DNA of 64,000 nt from Heptranchias perlo. Its lineage: Eukaryota. The notes under the pieces are model-generated. The model was not told where the DNA came from and did no database searches. It saw nothing but the letters and a program-made list of their open reading frames with translations. The position numbers and the translations under genes are program-made. The stretch is from assembly GCF_035084215.1 (NCBI RefSeq), contig NC_090353.1, forward strand, positions 17,050,001 through 17,114,000. The letters run 5' to 3'. Positions 52,501 through 64,000 of this stretch are shown here, in pieces (position 1 is the stretch's first letter; every line of letters starts with the position of its first letter).

Positions 52501-52584
52501 AGTTATTGAGCATCAGGAAAGACACTTTTAATTCCTGAATTCGCTCCCATGCTGCTGGGGACACCTTTTTTTCTAGGACTCCCT

Positions 52585-52790
52585 CATGTTTCAGTGGTGC
52601 AGTGGATTACAAATTGACTTTTCACTTCTGGGGCCCACATTTGAATCCAGCCCAGACTAATGGGATGAAATTCTCTTTGTCTGCTGGTTCTAACTTGGGT
52701 CCACCAAGGAATAAGTTTGGACAGTGCTAGTCCAGTTCCTGGTGAGCACGGGCCCACACCATAAAACTAGCTCTAAACAACTTGCATTGA
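52585..52790 (+). mobile_element. LF-SINE-like element (5' part)
   Basis: ttttcacttctgggg...ttgaatccagcccag and agtccagttcctggtg...ccacaccataaaac resemble the recalled LF-SINE consensus; tRNA-type head. Confidence 0.5.
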
Positions 52791-53400
52791 TGCAGCACTC
52801 TTCAAATGTGGGAAGAAGCCTCCAAGCATTAAAGAGCAAAATAAATAGTGGATGTTGTGGAGAGGAAAAGGAAAAATGGACAATGTTACAATAGGGGAAT
52901 GAAGGAATGATCCAAGGTTTTGAGGTTTTTGAACACAGGAAGGGAGGCGGTAAGACAGAAGGAATTGGACATGGATTGCCAGGAAGCAGGAATGCAGTGG
53001 CTGTATGAGCGTCCACCTATGGTGGAGCAGAGGGAGAGGAGGACAAGGAGAAGCTCGGTATTAGAGGAGCAGAGGAACGCACAGGATGTAAGACAGGAGA
53101 GGATCACTGAGGTAAGATGAGGCAAGGCACAGATGGATTTGAAGGCAAGAAAATTTGGAAATCAACTTGCTGGAGGCCAAAGAGCTAAGGGAGCTTAGAG
53201 AGAGCCTGAGTGATGGGAGTAGGGGGCATTTTGTGGGTAAGGACACAGGCTGTGCCTTAAGGGATGGATAAAACTTCTTGAGGCAGGGAGGGTAGCTAAA
53301 GGAGTGTTAGAAAAGTCAAGCCTTGAACTGGGGCAGCTGGGTAGGTGGAGGTGGGCAATTTCGTGAAGAAAGAAGAAAACTGTCAATCTCAAAACAGAAA
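52790..53400 (-). mobile_element. Degraded L2 LINE 3' fragment
   Basis: Minus-strand SRLDFSNTPLATLP motif; reverse L2 3' UTR text. Confidence 0.6.
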
Positions 53401-54294
53401 GGTCACAGGATGGCTGGTGTAGGAAATGAGAAAATGACTCAGTGGTGCAGTAAGGGACACTTTTTTTTGAAGTTTCACCTGAGGCACATGGTTGGGGGGC
53501 AGCAGAGTGGAATATTACGCTGTATCGAACCTGTGCTCTAACTGCCATGGGAGTGCTAGATGGGGCAGGAGATTAAAAATCTCAGGAGAGTCAAAATTGC
53601 AGGATCCAAAGTGCCACCACGCCCATGACAGTGGTAAAAGCTCAGCTATACCTGTATGAAGAGTGCTTGATGCAGAGATTGGATAACAAAAACTAGCAAA
53701 ATATTCAATTCAATTCCCCAGCACGGACATCCTTCAGCTTGACGAGCGCAAAATTCTACCAAACCGAAAAACATTCAAGTTCCTGATCGGAAGTTCTGAC
53801 AGTTTCTCAATTTTCTGAACCCTACTCCTGGCAGTTCTCTACTATATAGGACTTGTCCTGCTACCTTAGTTTTGGTCATGTATTTGCCACATGAGAAACA
53901 GCAGGGTTGTGTTTTTCTGCAGTGAGACCGAGCCCTGTGAATGGCTTGGGGTGTTTTGTAAATCTGTGCAAGGTTTCATTCTCAGCATTAATGAACATGG
54001 CTGAAAAAACAGACAAGGTCAGAAGTGTTCACAGCCGACATTTCGGGACTACCGGGAGCTTTTTAAATTCCAGTAATGAAGTGCAGCCAGCAGGTTGCAG
54101 TCTGAAGCGAGCTCGTGGGAACAGCTCATTGCCAAACCACGCTGATTAAGGTTTTAAGTTTGGGATTCTTGTTAAAAGCAGAAATCAGATTGATTAATTT
54201 GGAGGTTAGTTTTTGTCAGCATTTCTTTCTTTAATGCATTACAGATACAGAATCTTTTAGTGGTATGCAGCTGAACTTTAACCTACTGCAATCC

Positions 54295-54720
54295 TGCCTC
54301 GGTTGGATGACTCAATGTGTGTAAAATGTTCCCATGTAAATAGTTTCAGCTCCATCAATGGGGTGGGTGCACCACCTTGTGTGGTATTGAGCCAACTTCA
54401 AATCGTACTCTGTGCTGAGTTAGTTTAGCAACAATTGGCTTCTGTAACCCTGAATTAGGGAGGAGAACGTCAGCCAGGGTTCTTGCTCCTGATCGCTATC
54501 CAGTGACAAACTGTTGGAAAGTACTCGAGCAGACATTGTGTGAGGAGGGCAAGGTTAGGCTCGGTTGTGACGCCGCCATGATAAAATAGCCTGTCAACAC
54601 TCACTGTCTAGGCTCACACGTGTAGATTGGCCACTTAAGTGAGGTACCAGAGGGAAGCCAGTACCCGTAGGACTGAGCCCCGGCAGGAGTCAGTGTGACA
54701 GAAGAGGGGAAAACTGAAAA
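54295..54720 (+). mobile_element. AmnSINE2-like SINE, near full length, single unexpanded unit
   Basis: gcctcggttgg head; core cagccagggttcttgctcctgatcgctatccagtgac...; single ccagtacccgtaggactgagccccggcaggagtcagtg segment at ~54655-54695. Confidence 0.7.
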
Positions 54721-57548
54721 AAAGTCACAGCAAAACTTTATGGTAATAAAATGGACACACCGATGAATTACTTTTAAAGATGTTAACACAGCAGTAGTGA
54801 CACAAAAGCAAGCTGCAGTCTGACAGAGTCAGGCTGGGAATAGCTGATAACTGAGTAAAGGAAGGCTGACAATGCAGAATTCTGCCTCCATCCTGTCAGG
54901 GTCACAAGGTGTCTGCTACAGATTGCAGCTGCTGTATTTTAACATTTAAAACAGGAAATTTAACAGCTGTAGGATTAGAAAGTTACCAGACAGCAAGCTT
55001 CAGTATTTGTAAACTGTTTATTATCTCACATCACCAAAATTAATTGTGTTTATTTGTGGAACATTTGTCCCTATTTTTCCCCCCTGAATTTTGCACCCTA
55101 ACTCAGGGTGCAGAGGCCAATAGTGGTGCCCCTAACCCTGCCCCAAATTAGGTCAGCTAATTTAGTACAGATCAGGCATCAAACCCAGGACCTTCTGCTT
55201 TGTGTCTTGGTGCTACATTGCTGGGCCCTTTACCCACAGGCCCTTGGGGAGTGAGCAATCTAATGTTAATCAAAGCACAGAGTATTGCGTTATACTAGGG
55301 AGTGAGCTGTACTACATTAATCATTGCACAGAATGTCAGATTGCACCGGGGAGTGAACTGTGTCCTACATTAATCACGGCACCAAATATTAAATTGTACT
55401 ACCATAAATTTACAATCATGAACAGCTCCATTTCAAATGATTTTCTGGACAACCAGTAGAAACTGAGATGGAACCTTTTATAAAAATCCACAAGAAAATG
55501 TCTTGTTGATAATCAAAGATGCAGGAAATACACAGCAGGCCTGTCAGCATCTGCCAGAGAAAGACGGCTTAATATTTCAGGTGGGACCCTTTGTCAGGTT
55601 AATGTACTGAGACTGTTAAAAGTAATTTGAAAGACCATAATCCACAAATTGGGAATAATACAAGGGACATGTAACTGGGGATGTTATGGTGAACAGGGTA
55701 TTCTGATCCTGCACTCAGGGCTGGAATATTGGGCCTAAACTACCATGTGTGTAAAGACTGGGAATATCAGACTCTAGGATGGTGATTGGGAATCTGGAGG
55801 CTCAATTATCAATATCTGGAAATAAAGACACTGGAAATTGTTACCGGAGGGCCACTGGCTCCAGGAGAGGTGGGGGGAAAACTGAATGGGAATAAAATGT
55901 GGATGCCCCCTTTACCGTCAGCTCTAAATTGTACCATGGCAGAATTTTCTGGATTCTTTCTGTGTAGTCTTTAAGTAAAAAGCACGAAATGCGAAGAACT
56001 CTTGTCTTACTCGGGGTCTTATTTGGCTCAGAAACAGCTGTTCAATTCCTCCTTTTCGGTTGACCTCTGCTGCTTCTGAAGATGTGAGCAAACTGTCACT
56101 AGATTAAAAACAAGGTGGAGTATCTCACACACCAGATGGCTACACACCAGTGACTAACAAACAGCACGCTCCACAGCAGTGGAAACACAGTAATACCAGA
56201 AGATGCTGGAAGGAACCATGATACTATAAATATATAAGCCTGTCTCCTAGTCCACAATCTCTTAACCAACAACCCACCCTCAGGAGATAAGTGGTGCTTT
56301 GAGGATGACAACATCACACAGTGAGACGGTCAGCTTGTGGAAACAAGATTATAGCAACAATAACGGTGATGCTGATATTCGTAACATCAGGTTCAGGCGA
56401 GAGAAGCCACTCAGCCCATCTTATGCTTCGATAGAAACCTTCACTACTTTGCTTCCACTACCCTACTGTTTGTGGGACCTTGCTGTGCGCAATTTGGCTG
56501 CCGCGTTTCCTACATTACAGCAGTGACTACACTTCAAAAATACTTCATTGGCTGTAAAGCGCTTTAAATGCAAGTTTGTTCTCTACCCAGAGACCATTAA
56601 AAGGTATCAATCGCACTTTGTATAGGAGTAGACTGGAACTTATCGTCACTGAACCCAGCTGGGATAGGTGAGGACAAGGATGAAATGAAGATAAACTGAG
56701 TACATGGAGCAGGGTGGGCTCGGATTCCAGGAAAACTGTGACTTCTGCAAAAAACCTTCAATAGATATGGATGATGGAGGTCATACAGCCCATACTAGCT
56801 CATCTTCTTGAAAAAAAAACTACAGTCCAACACCATGACAGCATTCAACTATCTATTAAACGACTCCAAAGTTTTTGCTTCCATAACCCGACCTATCTGT
56901 TCCACATGTCAATCACTTTCTGTGCAATGAAGAACATCCAATCTTATGTTGATGGTGCGCAGTTTTTAAAAATCTGTGTGTTAAAAATCTTGCAGAGCCC
57001 CCACACTAACCTTGCTTCTTCTCATTGCGCTTTTTGGTCTTGCTTTTCTGTTAACACTTAATCCATTGTAAATTGCCATATCAACATTTCCAATTTATGT
57101 TGCTATGTCAACAATAATACTTTAGTTGCAGACTCTGGCCACTAGGCAGCTGTGTGAAGGAAGTTTGTCGCCTCTCTCCTAACTCTGTTGCCATTTTGTA
57201 TACCTATATTAACAATCTTACATCTGCGTGCACTTCCTGTCTACAAAATCTTACTTCCGGTTGTCATATTTTTGTCACACTTTTGTGTCAGCTATTTCTC
57301 CCATTATAAATTGCTATATCCACATCCAGTGGAAACAGCCCATACAAACTCTTCATCTGTAATTAAAGCACTTCAGTTTTGTGACTCCCAGTTCCTGGGC
57401 CTGTACTGCAGAGATACTGCTGTGTTCCAATCAACTCTACCTCTCCGCTTCCCAAATTCCTATAACTATTGCTAATTTAAATGTCTACCTATATCTATTA
57501 ATGTATTAAAAAATCTTATGTTGGCTTGCATTTCCTGTCAATTTTTTA

Positions 57549-57732
57549 CATTATAAATTCCAATGTCTGCAATTATAATGGAAACTGCCTAGGTAAACTT
57601 GTCATGCTGTAATTAAAACTTCACCACAGTTGAATTACTGCAGTGCCAACACAGCCGGTGGGGGGTAATTACAACGTGGCAAGTTTACATAGGCAGTTAT
57701 CATTCTAAATGTGGACATCGGAATTTATAATG
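57549..57732. repeat. Imperfect inverted repeat with ~67-bp arms and ~50-bp loop
   Basis: 57549-57615 pairs with 57666-57732. A diverged third arm copy lies at 57301-57365. Confidence 0.85.
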
Positions 57733-57770
57733 GTAATATTAAAATAAGGACTAAACGTATGACAATAAAA

Positions 57771-58071
57771 TGGGGACTGAATTACATCTACACAGCCTGG
57801 TCCAATTATCTCCTGAACTCTAATCCCTCTTCACTTGAAGATTACACTTGGTCTTGATTCCCCATGTGCAACACCACAGGAGATCAACTAGTAAATAATA
57901 TAAAATCAAATATTATATAAAAATACAGAAAGAATATATGACTTTAATGTGGGGCTTAATTACATCTGCGTGCCCTGGTCCAGGTATCCCCCCCCCCTCT
58001 AATCCCATGTCACCTGAACACTATATTTGGTCTTGAACCCCTGTGTGCAACACCACAGGAGATTGACTAGT
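57771..58071. repeat. Pair of diverged 122-bp direct repeats (57771-57892, 57950-58071)
   Basis: Shared blocks aattacatct, cctggtcca, ctctaatccc, ttggtcttga and tgtgcaacaccacaggagat..actagt, separated by an AT-rich spacer. Confidence 0.85.
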
Positions 58072-58962
58072 TGTACCAAACTTATATTCGTCAGCTGACT
58101 ATGAGTAATTTACCAGCATAAATTTAATAAACCTCAGGTTAAAAAATACTTGGGGGCAATTTTAACTTCTATCGCAGGGCAAAAAAACAGGCGATAGCGA
58201 ATCGGCAGCCCGTTTTACACCTCGCCCGATTTCCTTTTCTTTTCCAATGTAAACTTCAAGTGAAACCAAGTTGGCAAAGTACCACAGAACGCACCAGTGT
58301 GCTCACTCCTGTTCTACTTTTGCTGAGAACTATAGACAAGCACTGGTTTCACTTGAAGTTAGACCCAGAGTCAGGGCTCTTCCTGCAGGAGTCTCAATCC
58401 ATTTCGCGCTGGAGACAGGTTTCATATATAAAATACAACATTAGCATTAGTTCAAAGTGAAACCACTTCACACCACTGCTGCAGTTGTTGTGTAGTTCCA
58501 GCCTTATAGAGTATGCACCCCAAATGTTAAGCTATCTTTTTCTGCTTTCAGATGCTGACATATCTACTGTGTATTTCCAGCATTTTTCTGTTTTAATATT
58601 ACATTCCCAGCATTTGCGGTTTTTTTCCCCTTTTCATTAGCACAGACAAGAAGGATCAGAAAGGAGTCCTCTGATTCAGTCAGACACGCACTCCCAGTTC
58701 CCATGTGCTACCTTAAAGGGTTACAATGTATTCAATTGCATTAGTTTGCAACAAACTGGGTTAAAGGTCACTGTCACATTTTGGGATTTTTGATCCTTTT
58801 CTGTGAAGAAAAATTATTTTGGGAATAATTTATGCTTAAGTGTTGTGTATTAAAATAAAATGAATTGCACGTGATTTTACAAAAGCCACAGGCTGGAGGT
58901 ATAGAAGATGTATATTAAAGCCTCATGAGCCAGTTTGTGGGATGTTGTGGGTCACGGTCTAT

Positions 58963-59990
58963 TACATAGAATTTACAGCACAGAAACAGGCCATTCGGCC
59001 AAACTGGTCCATGCTGGTGTTTATGCTCCACACAAGCCTCCTCCAACCCCTCTTCGTCTAACTCTATCAGCATAACCTTCTATTCCTTTCTCCCTCATGT
59101 GTTTATCTAGCTTTCCCTTAAATGCATTTATACTATTCGCCTCAACTACTCCTTGTGGTAGTGAGTTCCGCATTCTAACCACTCTCTGGGTAAAGGCATT
59201 CCTCTTAACTTCTTTATTGGATTTATTGGTGACTATCTTATATTTATGGCCCCTACTTTTGGACTCCCCCACAAATGGAAACAACTTCTTTACGTCTACC
59301 CTATCAAACCCTTTCATAATCTTAAAGACCTCTATCAGATCACCCCTCAGCTTTCTCTTTTCTAGAGAAAAAAGAGCCGCAGCCTGTTCAATCCTTCCTG
59401 ATAGGTAAAACCTCTTAGTTCTGGTATCATCCTTGTAAATCTTTTTTGCACCTTCTCCAGTGCCTCTATATCCTTTTTGTATTATGAAGACCGGAACTGT
59501 GCTTTAAGTGTGGTGTAACTAAGGTTCTATATAAGTTTAACATAATTTCTCTGCTTTTCAATTCTATCCCTCTAGAAATTAACCCCAGTGCTTTGCTTGC
59601 TTGCTTTTTTTTTAAAAAAAGGCCTTATTAACCTATATCACTACTTTTAGTGATTGTTGTATCTGTACCCCCAGATTCCTTTGCTCCTCTAACCCATTTA
59701 GACTCTTTATTTTCCAAGGAGTATGTGGTCCCCTTATTCTTCCTACCAAAATGCACCACCTTACACTTATCCAAACTGAAACTCATTTGCCAATTACACA
59801 CCCATTCTGCAAGTTTATTAATGTCTTCTTATAATTTGTTGTAGTCTTCTCAGACTTGATCACTATTGACTATACCTCCCAATTTGGTGTTGTCTGCAAA
59901 TTTTGAAATTCTACTTCCGATTCCTGAGTCCAAAATGTTAATGTAAATGGCGAACAACAGTGGTCCGAACACTGATCCTTGTGGAACACC
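58963..59990 (-). mobile_element. CR1 LINE RT/3' fragment
   Basis: ORFs KGFDRVDVKKLF..SRGHKYKI and [30 protein letters not shown]. The 3' terminus is nearly identical to the short fragment at 26641-26716. Confidence 0.9.
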
Positions 59991-60039
59991 ATTTTTTGAA
60001 ACTGAAACAATGAAGGTCAATTGATTCATCCCAGGACCA

Positions 60040-60535
60040 TAAGAACATAAGAAATAGGAGTAGGCCAATCGGCCCCTCGAGCCTGCTCCGCCATTCAATA
60101 AGATCATGGCTGATCTGATCCTAACCTCAAATCTAAATTCATGTCCAATTTCCTGCCCGCTCCCCGTAACCCCTAATTCCCTTTACTTCTAGGAAACTGT
60201 CTATTTCTGTTTTAAATTTATTTAATGATGTAGCTTCCACAGCTTCCTGGGGCAGCAAATTCCACAGACCTACTACCCTCTGAGTGAAGAAGTTTCTCCT
60301 CATCTCAGTTTTGAAAGAGCAGCCCCTTATTCTAAGATTATGCCCCCTAGTTCTAGTTTCACCCATCCTTGGGAACATCCTTACCGCATCCACCCGATCA
60401 AGCCCCTTCACAATCTTATATGTTTCAATAAGATCGCCTCTCATTCTTCTGAACTCCAATGAGTAGAGTCCCAATCTACTCAACCTCTCCTCATATGTCC
60501 ACCCCCTCATCCCCGGGATTAACCGAGTGAACCTT
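60040..60535 (-). mobile_element. Young CR1 LINE 3' end (5'-truncated)
   Basis: Intact 123-aa ORF2 C-terminus (YEERLSRLGLYSLEFRRMRGDLIETYKI...RTRGHNLRI) followed by the CR1 3' UTR and tail. Confidence 0.92.
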
Positions 60536-61509
60536 TAACCTGGGTGGCCCCCCATTTATTTTGAAAAGAGCAGATTTTTTTTTAAATCCAAGGTTGGGGG
60601 GGGGGGGGGGTGGGGGTAGCCTGATTTTATTGACTGGCCTATTGGCAAATAACTTAATGGGGACAAAGTATCACAGTCTTCCTCCGGCTGATAGTACAGA
60701 GAAAGGGACATATAGGCAGTCAGGTCCTAAACAAGGTGTAGGCCTTGGGCCTGGAACTAGAAACTGAAATATAAGAGATCAATCTTTGCAATTAGAAGTT
60801 GTCTAGATATAAAAGTAATGCCAAAAACAAGTAAGCCAGCCCATGAAAAAGACAGGATGCACGGTTTATTATTTTCTCCTCATTTTTTCCAAAGTAAGAT
60901 GGAGTGAAGTGGGATTTGCTTTGACTGTTACTTTGCATGCTCGCTTGCTGTTTAATGAAATAAAGCAGCTTGACAATTCGTATCTGATCTGACCTCACAG
61001 TGTTTCTCAGTTCACCTTTGGAAAGCGGAGAAGCACATGAAGAAGCCTGTTTGTTAGCACACAATATCGAGCTCAGATCACAAGGGATCCTTTTGTTACG
61101 CCCCAGGGTTACCTGTCTGGCAGGAGGCTTCTCAATAGAGTATGACAAATCTACATTGGCAGCATTACAAATGTGTACATGTTAGCAGATATATAAGCAT
61201 ATAAAAATAACCAGCAAAAAAAATAGGCATATAAAAATAGCCAACAAAAAGGAATGGAGTTATTTCAAATTTAATTCTTCTTGAGAGCCGAATCCTTTAT
61301 GGAACAAAATCCCTTGCCTTAATCCAGCAGGAGCAGGAAGGAAACTGTCAGCACCAAACCCCAGCCTCCCCCCTCCTCTCTGAAAGGTATCACTGTCTGA
61401 TTGATTGTGTCAATTTAAACCCAGACCCCATATTATAAAAGAACGAGCAAGTGATGGAAAATAGCATTAAAAAAAAGTCTCAAAAGATGTTTTACAAAAA
61501 TAAGCATCA

Positions 61510-61990
61510 GAGAGGAGGCCGCTGACTGGCATCTTTCTTTAATATTCGCCCCGCTCATGAAACAGATTCGGCGGCACAGCTCGGCTCTTTACGGGTACTT
61601 TACGCCGGATTTTCTCACTGAAATAATAATCAAGTATTAAGGGGAAAGCATCCCAGGGGCGGCGTGAGCCGGAGCCACCTCTCCCCCAGTCCCGAGTCAA
61701 AGGGTTTTATTAATCAACACTGACATTAAAATCTCACCTTTGAACAAATAATCATATTCATCCTCTCTGCTCCCCATCTTCCGCCACTCTCACTGTCCGT
61801 CCCCGCACACTCGGCTCTCTACACCGGATAAAGAAATCATCAAGATCCTGGTTTCTGCCGAAGCCCAAGTTCGGAAGGAAGCCGAGACCTTCCGGGATCG
61901 AGCAGGAGGAGGCAGCGCCGCATTTAAAGCTGTACTGTGCCCGCACCCACTGACTATAGGACACAAAATGGTAAATACTGGATTCGCCCC
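61510..61990 (-). promoter_or_regulatory. RAB11B: CpG-rich promoter / 5' UTR of the RAB11B-like gene
   Basis: CpG cluster around exon 1. ETS-like CCGGAAG on the minus strand at ~61890 and TTTAAA at ~61923. Confidence 0.6.
61738..61777 (-). CDS. RAB11B: RAB11B-like exon 1
   Basis: aagATGG Kozak context. Encodes MGSREDEYDYLFK plus 1 nt; donor G|gtgaga. Exon sizes 40/196/194/81 match the Rab11 gene structure. Total CDS 654 nt = 217 aa plus stop. Confidence 0.96.
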
Positions 61991-62044
61991 AGTAATTCTA
62001 CCCCTGCAAATTTTATGGAGACTTTTTTCAAATTATAATAATAG

Positions 62045-63160
62045 GCTGCATGGAACTACCCTTGCTTGGTTCCACTCTTACCCTATGGGATCACAGCCAA
62101 CGTATCCCCAGCAATGGCATCTCTTCCTGTTCCGACACCAATGCCCCTGGAATTCCCCCAAAGCCCCCATCTCTTCCTCATCTACGTGCTGCCCCTTGGC
62201 GACTTCATCCGCAGACATGGGGGTCAGCTTCCACATGTACGCTGATGACAGTTCTATCCACCACCTCTCTCAACCCCTCCACTGCCTCTGTGTTGTCAGA
62301 CTGCTTCGCTGACATCAGTCTTGGATGAGCCAAAATTTCCTCCAGCTACACATTGGGAAGACTGAAACCATCGTCTTCAGGCTGCGCCACAAACTCCATA
62401 TCCTGACCACCGATTCCATCCTCTTCCTCGGTCACTGTCTCAGGCTGAACGAGACTGTTCGCAACCTCAGCATTCTGTAAAACCCGGAGCTGAGCTTCCA
62501 ACTCCATATCCTCTGCATCACAGGGACCGCCTACTTTCATCTCCGTAACATCACCCATCTCCACCCCTGCCTCAGCCCATCTGCTGCTGAAACCCTCATC
62601 CATGCGTTTGTCACCTCCAGACTTGACTATTCCAATGCTCTCCTGGCCGGTCACCCTCCATAAACTTCAGCTCAACCAAAACTCTGCTGCCTTTACCCTA
62701 TCTGGCACTACCACCCCTGTCCTTGCTGACCCACATTGGGTCCTACAGTCCCCCAAAGCCTCAAATTTAAAATGATGATCCTTGTGTTTAAATCCTTTTG
62801 TGACTTCATCTCTCTTTTGTATCCTCCTCCAGCTGCATCATCTCCTCAAACTTTCCGTTTCTCTGACTCTGGCCTCACGCATCCCTTTCCCCCTCCCTTT
62901 GTCTCACCATTTGGCCGCCATACTTTCAGCTGCCTAGGCCCTACACTCTGGAATTGCCTCCCTAAACCCTTCTGCCTGTCCACCTTCCTCTCCTCCTTTA
63001 AGAGTGTCCTTAAAACCCATCAGTTTGACCGGAATATTGATCACCCCATCTAGTATCTCCTCCTTAGGCTCAGCATCCATTTTATTCAGATTAAGCCTCT
63101 GTGAAGCACCTTGGGACGTTTTCTTTCTATATTAAAGGTGCTATATAAATGTAAGTTGTT
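62045..63160 (+). mobile_element. L2 LINE RT/3' fragment
   Basis: GVSFHMYADDS (RT YADD motif), LIHAFVTSRLDYSN, and the tail ttaaaggtgctatataaatgtaagttg. Confidence 0.88.
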
Positions 63161-63261
63161 ATATTAGTAAAGGATAAATCTCTATGTTGTGATTTCTTTG
63201 TACTCCTTAACTTTAGAGATGTTACTGCTGGGAAATAAAACACTTCATTTCAGGCGCCCAA

Positions 63262-64000
63262 GGGGTAATTTTAACCCCCAAGAAGGAGTGGGTGAGCAGT
63301 AAAAATGTTTGATTTTTGGAGTGGGACCGCATCCTGACACCAACGTACCCACGTCCAGGTTTAACCCAGGTGCATTTGGAGGCGTGGGAGCAATTGAAAC
63401 CCAGAAGTCCTGTCTCCGCTTAAAGCCGGCGGTCCGATATTTAAAGGGGCAGTATACCTCACTGTGATAGTTGAGGCACTTAATTTTTTGTGTATTAGAA
63501 ATGTCAAACAAATTTAACCTTACTTGTTCAGGTTTCTCATCGCTTCTGATTCAAATCAGGTGAAAGCAGGAGGGAAGGTCTGGATCCATGAGGTGAGTGC
63601 CTTTATTGCACTGCTTGTGGGCCCGGAGGAGCAGGAGTGCTTCATCCAGGCCCAACAAGCTCAACTGGTGCGATCGGCTGACCCGACCCCCCCCCCCCCA
63701 CCCTGCCACCAATGCTGTCCCCACCCTCCCCCCAACTGATACTGGACACTCCCCCACCGATGCCGGACCCACCCCAACTCCGCTGGACTTCCCCCAGTGG
63801 TGGACCGATCTTCTCCAAGGCCCACCTGATATCGTCCTTGTGCCCCCACCTCCGATTTCTTCCACGGCCCACCATCTCTCTCCCTTCCTCCCCCCTCTCC
63901 AATTCACGGCTCCTTTCCCTCCTGACAAGCAGCCAGCCTGTCAATCTTACCTTCAGTTGAGTTGTGATCACAGATTCTGACGTACTCATTTGGCCTTCCG
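63262..64000. mobile_element. Probable non-autonomous Harbinger-type element (runs off the window)
   Basis: Begins GGGGTAATTTTAACCCCC, like the MITE terminus at 58152. GC-rich interior with short C-rich degenerate repeats. The second end is not visible. Confidence 0.4.

Overview
Eukaryotic, AT-rich, repeat-dense vertebrate DNA. The repeat landscape (CR1 and L2 LINEs, DeuSINE/SacSINE1-like and AmnSINE2-like SINEs, Harbinger elements) points to a cartilaginous fish; this is inference. Two complete spliced genes converge tail-to-tail. MARCHF2 (RING-CH E3 ligase, + strand) has coding exons 21407-21582, 25026-25221, 26116-26325 and 28936-29088, giving 244 aa, with a CpG-rich promoter at the window start. 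A RAB11B-like small GTPase (- strand) has coding exons 61738-61777, 50502-50697, 48729-48922, 46062-46142 and 45314-45456, giving 217 aa. Between their 3' ends lies a decayed but near-complete PIF/Harbinger transposon with a Myb/SANT gene and a DDE transposase. The most unusual signal is three near-perfect minisatellites, all with a 33-bp period, one in each of RAB11B introns 1, 2 and 3. Two of them are independent expansions of the same 33-bp segment of two oppositely oriented copies of one SINE family, and they bracket exon 2 as a large imperfect inverted repeat. Other points of interest: a uORF whose stop overlaps the MARCHF2 start codon (AUGA), LF-SINE-like copies (one in the RAB11B 3' UTR), a solo LTR and a hAT element with recognisable target-site duplications, and an unexplained intronic hairpin plus a 122-bp duplicated module. 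Repeat family names come from recalled consensus sequences, not database searches. Repeat boundaries are approximate unless TSDs or TIRs are cited.
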